Origin: Holophagales bacterium
Lineage (GTDB): Bacteria > Acidobacteriota > Thermoanaerobaculia > UBA5066
Length of the DNA stretch: 64,000 bases
Direction of reading: 5' to 3'
NCBI GenBank assembly: GCA_016719485.1
Contig: JADJZB010000028.1
Location: forward strand, 173,898 to 237,897
The position numbers and the translations under genes were made by a program. This document shows, piece after piece, positions 28,926-39,334 of this stretch. Position 1 is the first letter of the stretch, and every line of letters starts with the position of its first letter. The notes below the pieces were generated by a model. It worked only from the letters and a program-made list of their open reading frames with translations. It did no database searches and was not told where the DNA came from.

Positions 28926-29336
28926 TCACCCCTCCGGAACGTAGCGGATGAGGGGGTCGCGGACCTGGACGGCCGCGCCCACCTCCACGCAGACCTCCGC
29001 GATCGTCCCGGTGCGCGGGGCGTAGATGTACGTGTCCATCTTCATGGCGTCGAGGAGGACGAGGGGCGTCTTGGCCTCGACCGGCATTCCCTTCGTCACG
29101 AAAACCTTCTGGACGGTCCCGGCGAGCGGCGAGGCGATGGTGTTCGGGTCCATGCCGCCGGCGGGAACCGAAGCGGGAGCCGGGACCGAGGCGGGCCGCG
29201 CGGCCTCCGGAATCGGAAGGGCGGCGGCCCCCGGGTACGGGAGGCTCGCCGGCGAGCCGATCGCCTCGTCGTCCTGGAGGACCTGGACCTCGACGTCGTA
29301 GACCTTGCCACTGACGGTGATGCGGAGCTTCTTCAT
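28926..29336 (-). CDS. Biotin carboxyl carrier subunit of the decarboxylase
   Basis: MKKLRITVSGKVYDVEVQVL..., Pro/Ala linker, ...PLVLLDAMKMDTYIYAP (AMKM biotinylation motif). Confidence 0.85.
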   Translation of the reverse strand: MKKLRITVSGKVYDVEVQVLQDDEAIGSPASLPYPGAAALPIPEAARPASVPAPASVPAGGMDPNTIASPLAGTVQKVFVTKGMPVEAKTPLVLLDAMKMDTYIYAPRTGTIAEVCVEVGAAVQVRDPLIRYVPEG

Positions 29337-29344
29337 TTCTGTCT

Positions 29345-29653
29345 CTATCTCTTGGGTTCCATACGGTGGGAGCGCAGGATGTCGATCCGCCCGACACGCG
29401 ACCAGTTCTCCTGGCCGGCGGGACGGAGGACGTGAATGCGACGGACGACGACGGCCTTGCCGAGCGCGGCGTGGGCCGCCGCGGCGAGGACCACCACGAG
29501 CTCGGGCGTGATCCCGTCTTCGGGAACGGCGGCCGCAGACTTCGCCTGGCGGCGGGAAACGGCCTGGAGGGCGTAGAGGACGCCGACCAGGAGCGTCATG
29601 ACGCACATCACGACGCTCATGCAGATCAGGGCGACGACGGAGGGCGACATCAT
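29345..29653 (-). CDS. OadG-like small membrane subunit of the Na+-decarboxylase
   Basis: Track ORF 102 aa with an N-terminal TM helix (VVALICMSVVMCVMTLLVGVLYAL); positioned between the carboxyltransferase and the biotin carrier. Confidence 0.6.
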   Translation of the reverse strand: MMSPSVVALICMSVVMCVMTLLVGVLYALQAVSRRQAKSAAAVPEDGITPELVVVLAAAAHAALGKAVVVRRIHVLRPAGQENWSRVGRIDILRSHRMEPKR

Positions 29654-29660
29654 CGTCGCC

Positions 29661-31205
29661 TCACATCGGGATGTTGCCGTGCTTCTTCTGCGGGCGCAGG
29701 TCGCGCTTTCCCCGCAGCGTGACGAGGCGCTCGATGAGGAGTCGCCTCGTCCACGACGGCCGGATCACGTCGTCGACGTAGAGAGCGGCCGCAGCACGGA
29801 AGGGGTTGGCGTGAAGCCGCCGGTACTCGGCGGCCTTGTCGGCGAGGAGGGTGTTCTTGTCCTTCACGGTCTTCGCGGCTTCCAGCTCGCGGCGGTGGAG
29901 GATCCTGGCGGCCCCCTCCGGTCCCATGACGGCGATCTCGGCCGTCGGCCAGGCGAGGACGGAATCGGCCCCGAGGTCCTTCGAGCACATGGCGAGGTAG
30001 GCGCCGCCGTAGGCCTTGCGGAGGATGACCGTCATCTTCGGGACCGTCGCGGCCGAGTAGGCGAAGAGCATCTTCGCCCCGTGCCGGATGATCCCGCCGT
30101 GCTCCTGCGCCACGCCCGGCAGGAACCCGGGGACGTCGACGAGCGTGACGAGCGGGATGTTGAAGACGTTGCAGGTCCGCACGAACCGGGCCGCCTTGTC
30201 GGACGCGTCCATGTCGAGCGACCCGGCGAGGTGCATCGGCTGGTTCGCGACGAGGCCGACGACCATCCCGCCGAGCCGGCCGAAGCCGACGACGATGCTC
30301 TTGCCGAACGCGTCCTGGACCTCGAGGAATATGCCGCCGTCGACGAGGCGGTTGATCACTTCGCGGACTTCGTAGCTCTTCCGCGGGTCTTCCGGGACGA
30401 TCTCGTCCAAGGCGTCGTCGTCGACGAGGGGCGCCTCGAAGGCGACGTCCGGAGGCGACTCGAGGTTGTTCGCCGGGAGGTAGGAGAGGAGCGCCTTGAC
30501 GGTAGCGATCGCGGCCCGCTCGTCGGGCGCGGAGAAGTGGATGTTCCCCGAGACTTCCGCGTGGACGCGGGCGCCGCCGAGCGCCTCGTCGGAGATCACC
30601 TCGCCTGTGGCCGCCTTGATGACGTCCGGCCCGGCGATGAACATCTTCGCGCTCTCCTGCACCATGACGATGAAGTCGGTGAGGGCCGGCGAATAGGCCG
30701 CTCCGCCGGCGCAGGGTCCCGCGATGACGCTGATCTGCGGGACGACGCCCGACAGGAGGGTGTTCGTGTAGAAGATCTGCCCGTAGCCGGAGAGCGCCTC
30801 GACCCCCTCCTGGATCCGTGCGCCGCCCGAGTCGTTGAATCCGACGACGGGAAGGCCCACCCGGAGGGCGCCCTTCAGGCATTCGCAGATCTTCGCGGCG
30901 TGCAGCTTGCCGACCGAGCCGCCGCTGACGGTGAAGTCCTGGGAGAAGGCGTAGACGGCCCGCCCGTCGACCCACCCCTTCCCGGTGACGACCCCTTCGC
31001 CCGCGAGGGCCTTGCCGCCCGGCTCACCCGAGCCCCCCTGGGCCCAGAGGCCGAACTCGACGAAGCTGTCGGGATCGAGGAGGAGGCCGAGACGCTCGCG
31101 CGCCGTCAGCTTTCCCTGGCGATGCTGCTTCTCGATCTTCTCGGCGCCGCCGCCGAGAAGAAGCTCCCGCCTCTTTTGATCGAGGTCCGAAAAACGACTG
31201 GACAT
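29661..31205 (-). CDS. Methylmalonyl-CoA decarboxylase alpha subunit / acyl-CoA carboxyltransferase
   Basis: Track ORF 514 aa: ...KLTARERLGLLLDPDSFVEF...FSQDFTVSGGSVG...GFNDSGGARIQEG...GPCAGGAAYSPALTDF... Confidence 0.9.
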   Translation of the reverse strand: MSSRFSDLDQKRRELLLGGGAEKIEKQHRQGKLTARERLGLLLDPDSFVEFGLWAQGGSGEPGGKALAGEGVVTGKGWVDGRAVYAFSQDFTVSGGSVGKLHAAKICECLKGALRVGLPVVGFNDSGGARIQEGVEALSGYGQIFYTNTLLSGVVPQISVIAGPCAGGAAYSPALTDFIVMVQESAKMFIAGPDVIKAATGEVISDEALGGARVHAEVSGNIHFSAPDERAAIATVKALLSYLPANNLESPPDVAFEAPLVDDDALDEIVPEDPRKSYEVREVINRLVDGGIFLEVQDAFGKSIVVGFGRLGGMVVGLVANQPMHLAGSLDMDASDKAARFVRTCNVFNIPLVTLVDVPGFLPGVAQEHGGIIRHGAKMLFAYSAATVPKMTVILRKAYGGAYLAMCSKDLGADSVLAWPTAEIAVMGPEGAARILHRRELEAAKTVKDKNTLLADKAAEYRRLHANPFRAAAALYVDDVIRPSWTRRLLIERLVTLRGKRDLRPQKKHGNIPM

Positions 31206-31317
31206 GTGCCTCCTCAGTGAGCCCCCCGAGCGGAGGGCGGAGGAATTCTACGCTTCGACGGCTGCGAGGCGGACCGCGAGTCTTGATGCAGGGAGACCGG
31301 GTCTCCGGTAATCTGAC

Positions 31318-32493
31318 TTGTTTATGGACACTGCCGTCGACTTCGCTGCCCTTCCCCCGGACACCGGCCACGCGGAGCTCGTCCGCGGGCTGTGCGACGC
31401 CATCGAGTCCATCTGGGACGAGGGCCTCTACCCGCAGCTCGAGATCGACCGTCCGTGGTCGCGTCACAATCCCGTCCTGAAGGGCGAGTTTGCGCGTCCA
31501 CGCGCCATCCGGTGGTACCTCGAGCGGGAGCTCGGCAAGCTCGCCGCCGGCGGCGCTCAGGTCTCCGTGACCGGCACCCGACCCCGGATTCCGTTCGACG
31601 ACCCCGCCCTCTTCGAGAGCCTCGACGAGGACGCCTGGGACCTCCGCCAGAAAAAGCTCTTCCTCTTCCGGCCCGAGCGGATCGACCTCTCCCTCAACCG
31701 GCTCGAGCACTACACCGGCACCTCGCCGGAGCGGTTCCAGCGGCACGTCCTCTTCACGAACTACGAGATGCACGCCGAGGCGTTCCGCTCCCGCTACCCC
31801 GGCGCCGTCGGCCCGGGCCGCTCCGTCCAGATGCCGGCGTGGCATCACGAGCTGCCCGGCGCCGCGGGCCTCACTCTCGTCAACATCGGGGTCGGCCCGT
31901 CGAACGCCAAGACGATCACCGATCACCTGGCCGTCCTGCGCCCCGACGCCGTCCTCATGGTCGGCCACTGCGCGGGCCTCAGGAACCACCAGGAGATCGG
32001 CGACCTCGTCCTGGCGACCGGCCACATGCGGGACGACCGGATCCTCGACGACGTCCTGCCGACGAGCGTCCCCGTCTCCTCGAACCACTTCCTCAACGCT
32101 CTCCTGATCGAAGGGATGGAAGCGCGAGGCCTCACCTACCGGATGGGAACGGTCTTCACGACCTCCAACCGGAACTGGGAGTTCAACCAGGAGCGGGCGC
32201 TCGCCGCCATCCAGGCGAGCCGCAGCGTCGCGGTGGACATGGAGTCGGCCACGGTCGCCGCGAACGGCTTCCGCTACCGATTTCCGACCGCGGCGCTCCT
32301 GTGCGTGAGCGACAAGCCGCTCCACGGCCAGCCGAAGCTCTCCGCAGAGGCGCAGACCTTCTACCGCGCGAGCCGTGTGACCCACCTCGAGGTCGCGGCC
32401 GAGGCGCTGGAGAAGGTGCGCGAACGCTTCCCCGGGGGCCTTCCCGCCTCGGACATCCGCTCCTCCGACGAGCCGCTCCTCGGGTCGGGCTGA
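31318..32493 (+). CDS. amn: AMP nucleosidase
   Basis: Track ORF 391 aa: ...LVNIGVGPSNAKTITDHLAVLRPDAVLMVGHCAGL...VDMESATVAA... (PNP_UDP_1 fold with Amn-type motifs). Confidence 0.8.
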   Translation: MFMDTAVDFAALPPDTGHAELVRGLCDAIESIWDEGLYPQLEIDRPWSRHNPVLKGEFARPRAIRWYLERELGKLAAGGAQVSVTGTRPRIPFDDPALFESLDEDAWDLRQKKLFLFRPERIDLSLNRLEHYTGTSPERFQRHVLFTNYEMHAEAFRSRYPGAVGPGRSVQMPAWHHELPGAAGLTLVNIGVGPSNAKTITDHLAVLRPDAVLMVGHCAGLRNHQEIGDLVLATGHMRDDRILDDVLPTSVPVSSNHFLNALLIEGMEARGLTYRMGTVFTTSNRNWEFNQERALAAIQASRSVAVDMESATVAANGFRYRFPTAALLCVSDKPLHGQPKLSAEAQTFYRASRVTHLEVAAEALEKVRERFPGGLPASDIRSSDEPLLGSG

Positions 32494-32494
32494 C

Positions 32495-33529
32495 GTGTCG
32501 CGCTCGCGAATCACCTCTGCCCCCGCTCTTGCCGCCATCCTGGCGATCGCCTTTCCGCCTCTCCTCTCGGCGTCCGGCGCGCCCGGGGCGGCCACGCCGT
32601 CTCAGCCGGCTGCGGCGCCGCGCCGGACCGTCGCCGTCACCGTCGACGACCTGCCGTTCGTCGGATACGGTCTGCCGCTCGCGGCGGTCGCTCCTCTCTC
32701 CAGCAAGCTCGTCGCCGCGATCGCCGCGCGCAAGGTGAAGGCCGTCGCCTTCGTCAACGAGGACAAGCTCTTCGTTCCGGGAGAAGTCGACGCGCGGATC
32801 GCCCTGCTGACGGAGTGGCTCGATGCCGGGATGGAGCTCGGGAACCACACCTTCGGCCACCCGGGTCTCACGAAGACGCCGCTCCCCGCAATGCAGGACG
32901 CCGTGATCAAGGGGGAGGTCGTCACCCGCGGCCTTCTCGAACGGCGCGGGAAGACGCTGAAGTGGTTCCGCCACCCCTACGCGCAGACGGGGACGACGCG
33001 AGAGACGCGAGACGCCTTCGACGCATTTCTTCTCTCACGGGGCTACACGGTGGCGCCGCTCTCGATCGAGCACGAGGACTGGGTCTTCGCGTCGGCCGAC
33101 GCGAAGCTCGCCGCCGAGAGCGACGTGGCGGGACAGGCGCGTCTCCTCGCCGCATACATCGAAGACTTCGACGCCCGCTGCGCCTTCTACGAGGAACGCT
33201 CCCGCGCCCTCTTCGGCCGGGAGATCCCGCAGATCCTCCTCTCCCACGCCAACGCCCTGAACGCCCGCGCGATGCCGCTCCTCCTCGAACGGCTCGAGAA
33301 GCGGGGATACGCCTTCGTCACCCTCGAAGAGGCGCTCGCCGACCCTGCCTGGAAGAGCCCCGACGGCTACTTCGGCCCCTGGGGCCCCTCCTGGCTCCAC
33401 CGCTTCGCGGCGGCGCGCGGCGAGGACGTGAAAGCGCTCTTCCGCGCCGAGCCGGAGGCGCCGAAGTGGGTCGCCGACCTCGACGCTGCGCGCAGCGCGG
33501 CGGCTTCCGCGCCCGCTGCGCCCCGCTGA
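32495..33529 (+). CDS. Secreted polysaccharide deacetylase (CE4) family protein
   Basis: Track ORF 344 aa: signal peptide, VAVTVDDLPF, GMELGNHTFGHP. Confidence 0.8.
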   Translation: MSRSRITSAPALAAILAIAFPPLLSASGAPGAATPSQPAAAPRRTVAVTVDDLPFVGYGLPLAAVAPLSSKLVAAIAARKVKAVAFVNEDKLFVPGEVDARIALLTEWLDAGMELGNHTFGHPGLTKTPLPAMQDAVIKGEVVTRGLLERRGKTLKWFRHPYAQTGTTRETRDAFDAFLLSRGYTVAPLSIEHEDWVFASADAKLAAESDVAGQARLLAAYIEDFDARCAFYEERSRALFGREIPQILLSHANALNARAMPLLLERLEKRGYAFVTLEEALADPAWKSPDGYFGPWGPSWLHRFAAARGEDVKALFRAEPEAPKWVADLDAARSAAASAPAAPR

Positions 33530-33541
33530 CACCCCGGGACT

Positions 33542-35284
33542 TCAGCCCTTGAGCCGGCCGACGAGCGCGAAGCCGGCCTCGCCACCGATCTCGTCCCAGA
33601 CGCCGAGGGAGATTCTCGGCGCCGGCGCGTCGCTCTCGATCTCGAGGGTGTAGGTGAGGTGGGAGGCCCCCGCCTTCTCCTCGTCTCCCCGCCCGACCTG
33701 GAACTCCTGCCTGCGCCGCGTCACCTCGGAGAAGTCGCCGTTCGGCGTTGCGACCACGACGAAGACCGAGAACTTGCCCTGCGTGGAGGCAGGGCCGGGG
33801 AGGCGGACGAGCGACCCGACGGGGATCTTCACCTCGATCGGAATCCGGTACTTCTTGCCCTTCCGCTGCGCCTCGCCCGCGACGACCGAGATCGCGATGC
33901 GCGACCTCTCGTCGGAGGCGAAGAGGTTCGCGAGCACCCTGTCGCCCAGCTGATCCTCCACGGTCCTCTCGGCAACCGTCGCCCGCGTCCGCACCTCGAC
34001 GCCGGGTCTCTTCACGCGGACCGTCACCGCGGCGGCCTTCGCTCTACCCGAGGCCGGGAAACCGATCGCGTAGAACGACCCGAGCTCCGTCGCGACGCGG
34101 TCGAGGAAGCGCGGCAGCTCCCCGGGGTGGCCGGCCGTCATGCCTCCGGTCTTTCCGGCGACGAAGTCCAGACCTGCCATCTCGTTCGACCAAATCGCAT
34201 CCAGGCCGGCGCCGTAGACGCCGCTGGCGGCCCCGGGGTTGGAGACGGCGGAGTCGGCGGCCGAGACCATCGCCACGCGGTCGTAGGGGTATATGCCGTA
34301 GAGCGTGACGCCGCTCGCGTTCGCAGCCTCGGCGAGCTCATCGAGGAGTGGCCGGGCGTCGCGCTCGCGCGGCATCCCCACCTGCGCGCCGCGCGGACCG
34401 ACGTAGAACTCGCGTCCCGGATAGCGCCCGAAGTGATCGGCGACGACCACGAGGGACTTCCGGCCCTCCATCCCCGCCATGAGGGCGACGAGCCCCCGGA
34501 GCGCGGTCGTCTTCGCCTTCATGACGTTGTACGCCTGCAGGGCGGCGAGCTCGCGGGAGAGGTCCGTCGAACCGGTGTCGACGTCGGGAATCCCGCCCGA
34601 CGCCGCCTCGACCTCCTGGAACCAGAAGTCGCGCGCCGCGAGCTCGTCCAGCTCGGCGGCTTCGCTTCCGCGGCGCGCGGCCCTCCGGGCCACCGCGTCG
34701 ATCGTCGCCTCGAGCTGCTCGAGATCGCCTGTGAACGAGCGGACGACTCTCACGGTATCGCCCCACGAGACGATCATGGCTTCGTCCCGTGGCCCGAGCG
34801 ACCGCTCCAGGAACTCCTTGAGCCCGTCGAAGAGCTGCCGCCGGCGGTCCGGCTCCGGGAGGTAGAGGCGATCGACGAAGACGACGACGCGACGGGGCAG
34901 CCGCCCGGCCGGTTCCGCAGCTGTCGGCCCGGCCGGGGCCGCCTGGGCGGGGCCGCCCGCGGTCGGCGCGGGATCGCGCTCCTCGCGGAAGTTCGTGATC
35001 GCCACCGGCTTGCCTCCGAGAAGGACCTCGAAGTCCTTGGCCGTCAGGCCGTGGACGGGCCGACCGTCCGTGCCGGTCACGACGACGTCCACGTCGAGGA
35101 TCGAGACCTCCGCCGAGGCGGAGACCTTGGGCGCGTCCGAGGCGGGCTGCCCGGACAACCGTCCCGCCGGGAGGACGGTCGCCAGGGCGATCAGGGCAAC
35201 GAGGGCCGGTGCTGCCTCGCCGCGACACCTCGGCCCCGAGAGAAGGCGCTCATTCGGGGACGATTCCATGACCACTGCCTCCAT
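33542..35284 (-). CDS. VWFA-related domain protein (Acidobacterial TIGR03436-like)
   Basis: Track ORF 580 aa: ...[42 protein letters not shown]..., then a VWA-like core (VVVFVDRLY...). Confidence 0.7.
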   Translation of the reverse strand: MEAVVMESSPNERLLSGPRCRGEAAPALVALIALATVLPAGRLSGQPASDAPKVSASAEVSILDVDVVVTGTDGRPVHGLTAKDFEVLLGGKPVAITNFREERDPAPTAGGPAQAAPAGPTAAEPAGRLPRRVVVFVDRLYLPEPDRRRQLFDGLKEFLERSLGPRDEAMIVSWGDTVRVVRSFTGDLEQLEATIDAVARRAARRGSEAAELDELAARDFWFQEVEAASGGIPDVDTGSTDLSRELAALQAYNVMKAKTTALRGLVALMAGMEGRKSLVVVADHFGRYPGREFYVGPRGAQVGMPRERDARPLLDELAEAANASGVTLYGIYPYDRVAMVSAADSAVSNPGAASGVYGAGLDAIWSNEMAGLDFVAGKTGGMTAGHPGELPRFLDRVATELGSFYAIGFPASGRAKAAAVTVRVKRPGVEVRTRATVAERTVEDQLGDRVLANLFASDERSRIAISVVAGEAQRKGKKYRIPIEVKIPVGSLVRLPGPASTQGKFSVFVVVATPNGDFSEVTRRRQEFQVGRGDEEKAGASHLTYTLEIESDAPAPRISLGVWDEIGGEAGFALVGRLKG

Positions 35285-35374
35285 GCCGGGCCCTCATGCA
35301 GATGGCATACCATTCGCCGGCCGGAGGCGCGCAACCTGCGCCTCCCGCGCAGAACGTCGAAGCAGGAGGCCTTC

Positions 35375-36121
35375 ATGTACACCCTCGTCCTCGTCCGCCA
35401 CGGTGAGAGCCAGTGGAACCTCGAGAACCGCTTCACCGGCTGGACCGACGTCGACCTCACCGAGAAGGGGCGCGAGGAGGCCCGCGAGGCGGGCCGGCTC
35501 CTCCGCGAGGGCGGCTACGACTTCGACGTCGCCTACACCTCGGTCCTGAAGCGTGCGATCCGGACACTCTGGATCGCGCTCGACGAGATGGACCGGATGT
35601 GGATCCCGGTGATCCGCGCCTGGCAGCTCAACGAGAGGCACTACGGGGCCCTTCAGGGGCTCAACAAGGCCGAGACGGCCGCGAAGTTCGGCGAGGACCA
35701 GGTGAAGGTCTGGCGCCGGAGCTATTCGACCCCCCCGCCCGTCCTCACTCCCGAGGACGAGCGCTTCCCCGGCCACGACCGCCGCTACGCCAACCTCACT
35801 CAGGCGGAGCTGCCGCTCACCGAGTCGCTCAAGGAGACCGTCGCCCGCGCCGTCCCCTACTGGGAGAACGTCATCGCCCCCGAGGTGAAGGCCGGCCGCC
35901 GCGTCCTCGTCGCGGCCCACGGCAACAGCCTCCGCGCCATGGTGAAGTACCTCGACGGCATCTCCGAGAACGACATCGTCGGCCTCAACATCCCGACGGG
36001 CGTCCCGCTCGTCTACCACCTCGACGAGAACCTGAAGCCGGTGAAGAGCTTCTACCTCGGCGACGCCGAGGCGGTGAAAGCGAAGGCCGAGGCCGTCGCG
36101 AACCAGGGGAAGAAGGGCTAG
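35375..36121 (+). CDS. gpmA: 2,3-bisphosphoglycerate-dependent phosphoglycerate mutase
   Basis: [32 protein letters not shown]...[14 protein letters not shown]...AAHGNSLRA... in the tail of track ORF 33659..36121. Confidence 0.92.
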   Translation: MYTLVLVRHGESQWNLENRFTGWTDVDLTEKGREEAREAGRLLREGGYDFDVAYTSVLKRAIRTLWIALDEMDRMWIPVIRAWQLNERHYGALQGLNKAETAAKFGEDQVKVWRRSYSTPPPVLTPEDERFPGHDRRYANLTQAELPLTESLKETVARAVPYWENVIAPEVKAGRRVLVAAHGNSLRAMVKYLDGISENDIVGLNIPTGVPLVYHLDENLKPVKSFYLGDAEAVKAKAEAVANQGKKG

Positions 36122-37191
36122 ACGATCCGTTCGCGGATCCGCGCGGAGACGAGGTCCATCACCCAGACCGCGACGGCGATGAGGAGGACGAGCGTGCCGA
36201 CCTCGCCCCACTCGCCGAGGTCGACACGGGGCTTGAGGATGTAGCCGATACCGCCGCCCCCGACGAAGCCGATGATCGTCGACATGCGGACGTTGATGTC
36301 CCAGCGGTAGATCGTGAACGAGAGGAACGGCGGGATGACCTGCGGGACGACCCCGTAGCGGAGGACCTGGAGCGTCCCGGCGCCGGTCGCCTTGATGGCG
36401 TCCATCGGGCCGCGGTCGATGCTCTCGATCTGCTCGGAGTAGAGCTTCACGAGCGAGGCGACGGAGTGGACCCAGAGCGCGAGGACGCCCGCGAACGGGC
36501 CGATGCCGACCCACGAGATGAAGATGAGCGCCCAGACGAGCGGCTCGACCGCGCGGGTGAGGTTCATGGCGGTGCGCAGGGCCGTGTAGACGAATTTCGC
36601 CGCGGGGCTCTCGCGCGTCAGGTTGCGCGCGGCGGCGAACGCCAGGAGGAACGCCGGGGGGATCGCGAACGCCGTCGCCATGAAGGCGAGGAAGAGCGTC
36701 TGGATGAGGAGGATCAGGCCTTCGAAGAGGACGGTCCCGGAAGGGTGCATCAGGCCGCGGATGACGCCGGCCGCCTTGTCGAAGTTCGTGAAGAAGGTCC
36801 CGAGGTCGACCTCGGTGACGAGCCACCCCGTGAAGAAGGTCAGCTCGACGAAGAGGAGCGTGAACCAGCCGCGGAGAGTGAGGTTCCACGAGACCTCGGC
36901 CTCCTCCTGCGGCAGCGCGCCGGCGAAGCTGAGCCCGGGCGTCCCGCCGAGGAAGCGCCCCGCCGCGTGCCAGACGACGGCGAGAACGAGCCCGGTGCCG
37001 GAGAGGACGGCGTAGTGGAGACGCTCGAGGATCTCCTGCGCGGTCCGCAGCGTCCCTTCCCCGACCGGGAAGACGAGGGCGCGGCCGAGGAACTCCCCCA
37101 TCAGGAGGAACGTCGCGAGGAGAAGGGCGTCGACGAGGAGCGCGAGGCCACGGGCCCCGAGGCTCGGCGGGGCCGGGGCGGCGCGCTTCAC
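36118..37191 (-). CDS. phnE: Phosphonate-type ABC transporter permease (PhnE-like) with a roughly 90-aa N-terminal extension
   Basis: Tail of track ORF 36118..38055 from the GTG at 37191 (GTGA overlap with the phnC stop): ...[27 protein letters not shown]...[12 protein letters not shown]... Confidence 0.8.
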   Translation of the reverse strand: MKRAAPAPPSLGARGLALLVDALLLATFLLMGEFLGRALVFPVGEGTLRTAQEILERLHYAVLSGTGLVLAVVWHAAGRFLGGTPGLSFAGALPQEEAEVSWNLTLRGWFTLLFVELTFFTGWLVTEVDLGTFFTNFDKAAGVIRGLMHPSGTVLFEGLILLIQTLFLAFMATAFAIPPAFLLAFAAARNLTRESPAAKFVYTALRTAMNLTRAVEPLVWALIFISWVGIGPFAGVLALWVHSVASLVKLYSEQIESIDRGPMDAIKATGAGTLQVLRYGVVPQVIPPFLSFTIYRWDINVRMSTIIGFVGGGGIGYILKPRVDLGEWGEVGTLVLLIAVAVWVMDLVSARIRERIV

Positions 37192-37967
37192 GAGGCCGCC
37201 TCGAAGCCGAACTCGGCCTCCTGGCCGTAGATCGACTTCAGCGTCGCGAGGTCGAAGTCCTCGGGCTTTCCCTCGTGGACGAGCCTGCCCTCGCGCAGGG
37301 CGACGGCGCGCGTCGCGTAGCGCTTCATCAGGTCGAGGTCGTGGAGGGAGCAGATGACCGTGATCCCCTCCTCGCGGTTCAGGGCCTCGACGTGCCGCAT
37401 GACCGAGTTGCGCAGGGCCGGATCGAGCGAGGCGACCGGCTCGTCGGCGAGGATCAGCTTCGGCCGCTGCATGAGGGCGCGCGCGATGGCGACCCTCTGC
37501 TGCTGGCCTCCCGAAAGGGCGTCGGCGCGGCTGTCGCCCCGGTCTCCCATCCCGACGCGGTCCAGGCACGCCTGTGCCTCGGCCCGCTCGGCTTCGGAGA
37601 AGAGCAGCAGGAGGCTCCGAAGCGTTCCGGTTCTCCCGAGCGCGCCGGAGAGGACGTTGTCCTTCACGCTGTGGCGCTTCACGAGGTTGAACTGCTGGAA
37701 GATCATCCCGACCTCGCGGCGGAGGGCACGCAGGCCTGCCCCTTCGGCGCTCGTCACGTCGCGTCCGAAGATCGAGATCTTCCCTTCCGTGGGGTCGACG
37801 AGCCGGTTGATGCAGCGCAGGAGCGTCGACTTGCCCGAGCCGGAGAGGCCGAGGACGGCGAGGAACTCCCCCTCGCGGACCTCCAGAGAGACGTCGTCGA
37901 GCGCCCGGATCCCGTCGGGCCAGACCTTCGAGAGCTTCTCGACGGTGACGGCGACCGGCGTGGTCAC
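37188..37967 (-). CDS. phnC: Phosphonate-type ABC transporter ATP-binding protein
   Basis: Track ORF 259 aa: GLSGSGKSTLLRCINRL, LSGGQQQRVAIARAL, LILADEPVASLD. Confidence 0.9.
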   Translation of the reverse strand: MTTPVAVTVEKLSKVWPDGIRALDDVSLEVREGEFLAVLGLSGSGKSTLLRCINRLVDPTEGKISIFGRDVTSAEGAGLRALRREVGMIFQQFNLVKRHSVKDNVLSGALGRTGTLRSLLLLFSEAERAEAQACLDRVGMGDRGDSRADALSGGQQQRVAIARALMQRPKLILADEPVASLDPALRNSVMRHVEALNREEGITVICSLHDLDLMKRYATRAVALREGRLVHEGKPEDFDLATLKSIYGQEAEFGFEAAS

Positions 37968-39334
37968 TTCTTCCCCTCGCGCTTCTTGCGGAGCTTCTCT
38001 TCCTCGGCCTCGAGGAGCTGGACGGCGCTGACCCCTGTCGCCCGGAGCGCCGCACGGAAGCCGTCGAAGGTGGCGTCGTCGCTCGGCCGGGCCGCGACCG
38101 CCGCGACGAGGTCGAGGTAGGCGCGGAGCCCTTCGGGCGTGGCGATGAACTTCTGGAGCGAGCGCTCGAAGCGGTCCCAGGTCGCCTTCGGGAAGCCGCG
38201 GCGAACGCAGCAGACGTCGTTCGGAATGGGGTCGGTCAGCGCCAGGACGCGCACCTCGTCGAGGAAGGCGAGCCGCCCCTCGTCCGTCGGGATCCGCTTC
38301 ATGACGAGGTGGCGCGCGTCGGCGACGTAGGTGTGCTCGATCTCGTTCACCTTGCCGGGCGGCGAGTAGAACGACGAGCCCCCGGCCACCTTGCCGTCGG
38401 CGACCGCCTGGATGACGTTCGCGTGGCCGCCGGCGAAGTAGACGTGGCCGAGCTTGACCGCGCTGGCGTTGAGGAGGTTCAGCGGGAAGATGTAGCCCGA
38501 GGTCGACGTGGCGTCGGAGAAGGCGAAGGGACGCCCGTTCAGGTCCTCGAGACGCGAGACGCCCGAGTCGGTCCGGGTCAGGACGGAGCCGTAGTAGACG
38601 TTGACCCTTTCCCGCGCGGCCTCGCTGGTCTTGAAGGCGATGCGGGTCTTCTCGAGCGTCCCGGGACGGTCGTACTCGAGGAGCTTCCGCCCGTCGCCAA
38701 CGAGGTCCTTCGGCCCGGAGAAGACCCAGCTCGAGGCGGCCGCGTCGACGGCGTCGGCCCGGTCGAGAAGCTGCTGTACGGCGTCCTTGTCGTCCGCCGC
38801 CGGCACCTCGACCCAGCCGGGGGCCCAGCGGTCCAGCTCGGGTGTCAGCGAAGCCCTCAGCTCGGGCGAGAAGCTCTTCGGAACGGCGATCCGCTTCTTC
38901 GCGAGGTCGGCGAGTCCCGCGGGCTCGCCCGCCCCGTTTCGCGTGACGACGACGGCATAGCGCTCGGCTTCGCGGACGACCTGGAGGCGCGCCTCGGCCC
39001 CGTAGCGGGCGTGGGCGACGACGTAGGCGAAGGCGGGGACCCAGGCGATGTCGGCCTGCCCGACGCCGAGCGCCTGGACGACGGCCGCGTAGCTCGTCGG
39101 GACGGCCGACCGGATGACGAGGCCGGAGTCCTTTCGCACGAACTCCGCCAGCTCGTTCCCGCGGCGGGCGAGGGTCCCCTGCTCGACCGAAGGGACGAAG
39201 AGCATCCGGATGACCTCTTCCCCTGCCTGCTCGATCCGGTCGCGCCGCACGAGCCCGGCGACGAAGGCGAGGAAGAGGAGCGCGGCAAGAATCCAGCCGG
39301 CGCGCGGAAGGATGTCGATCCGTCTCGCCGTCAT
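37964..39334 (-). CDS. phnD: Enlarged, membrane-anchored PhnD-like substrate-binding protein (456 aa)
   Basis: C-terminal 456 aa of track ORF 37964..40240: an N-terminal TM helix, then two PhnD-like segments (...MLFVPSVEQ...SYAAVVQALGVGQADIAWV... and ...FAFSDATSTSGYIFPLNLL...) and a Lys/Glu-rich tail. Confidence 0.75.
   Translation of the reverse strand: MTARRIDILPRAGWILAALLFLAFVAGLVRRDRIEQAGEEVIRMLFVPSVEQGTLARRGNELAEFVRKDSGLVIRSAVPTSYAAVVQALGVGQADIAWVPAFAYVVAHARYGAEARLQVVREAERYAVVVTRNGAGEPAGLADLAKKRIAVPKSFSPELRASLTPELDRWAPGWVEVPAADDKDAVQQLLDRADAVDAAASSWVFSGPKDLVGDGRKLLEYDRPGTLEKTRIAFKTSEAARERVNVYYGSVLTRTDSGVSRLEDLNGRPFAFSDATSTSGYIFPLNLLNASAVKLGHVYFAGGHANVIQAVADGKVAGGSSFYSPPGKVNEIEHTYVADARHLVMKRIPTDEGRLAFLDEVRVLALTDPIPNDVCCVRRGFPKATWDRFERSLQKFIATPEGLRAYLDLVAAVAARPSDDATFDGFRAALRATGVSAVQLLEAEEEKLRKKREGKK

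Noticed and set aside
37192-38055. Upstream extension of the phnE ORF, and 39335..40240 as an extension of the phnD ORF.
   Set aside because: Both extensions overlap phnC and modA respectively in other frames or strands and lack any motif. Internal starts with 4-nt overlaps fit operon structure.
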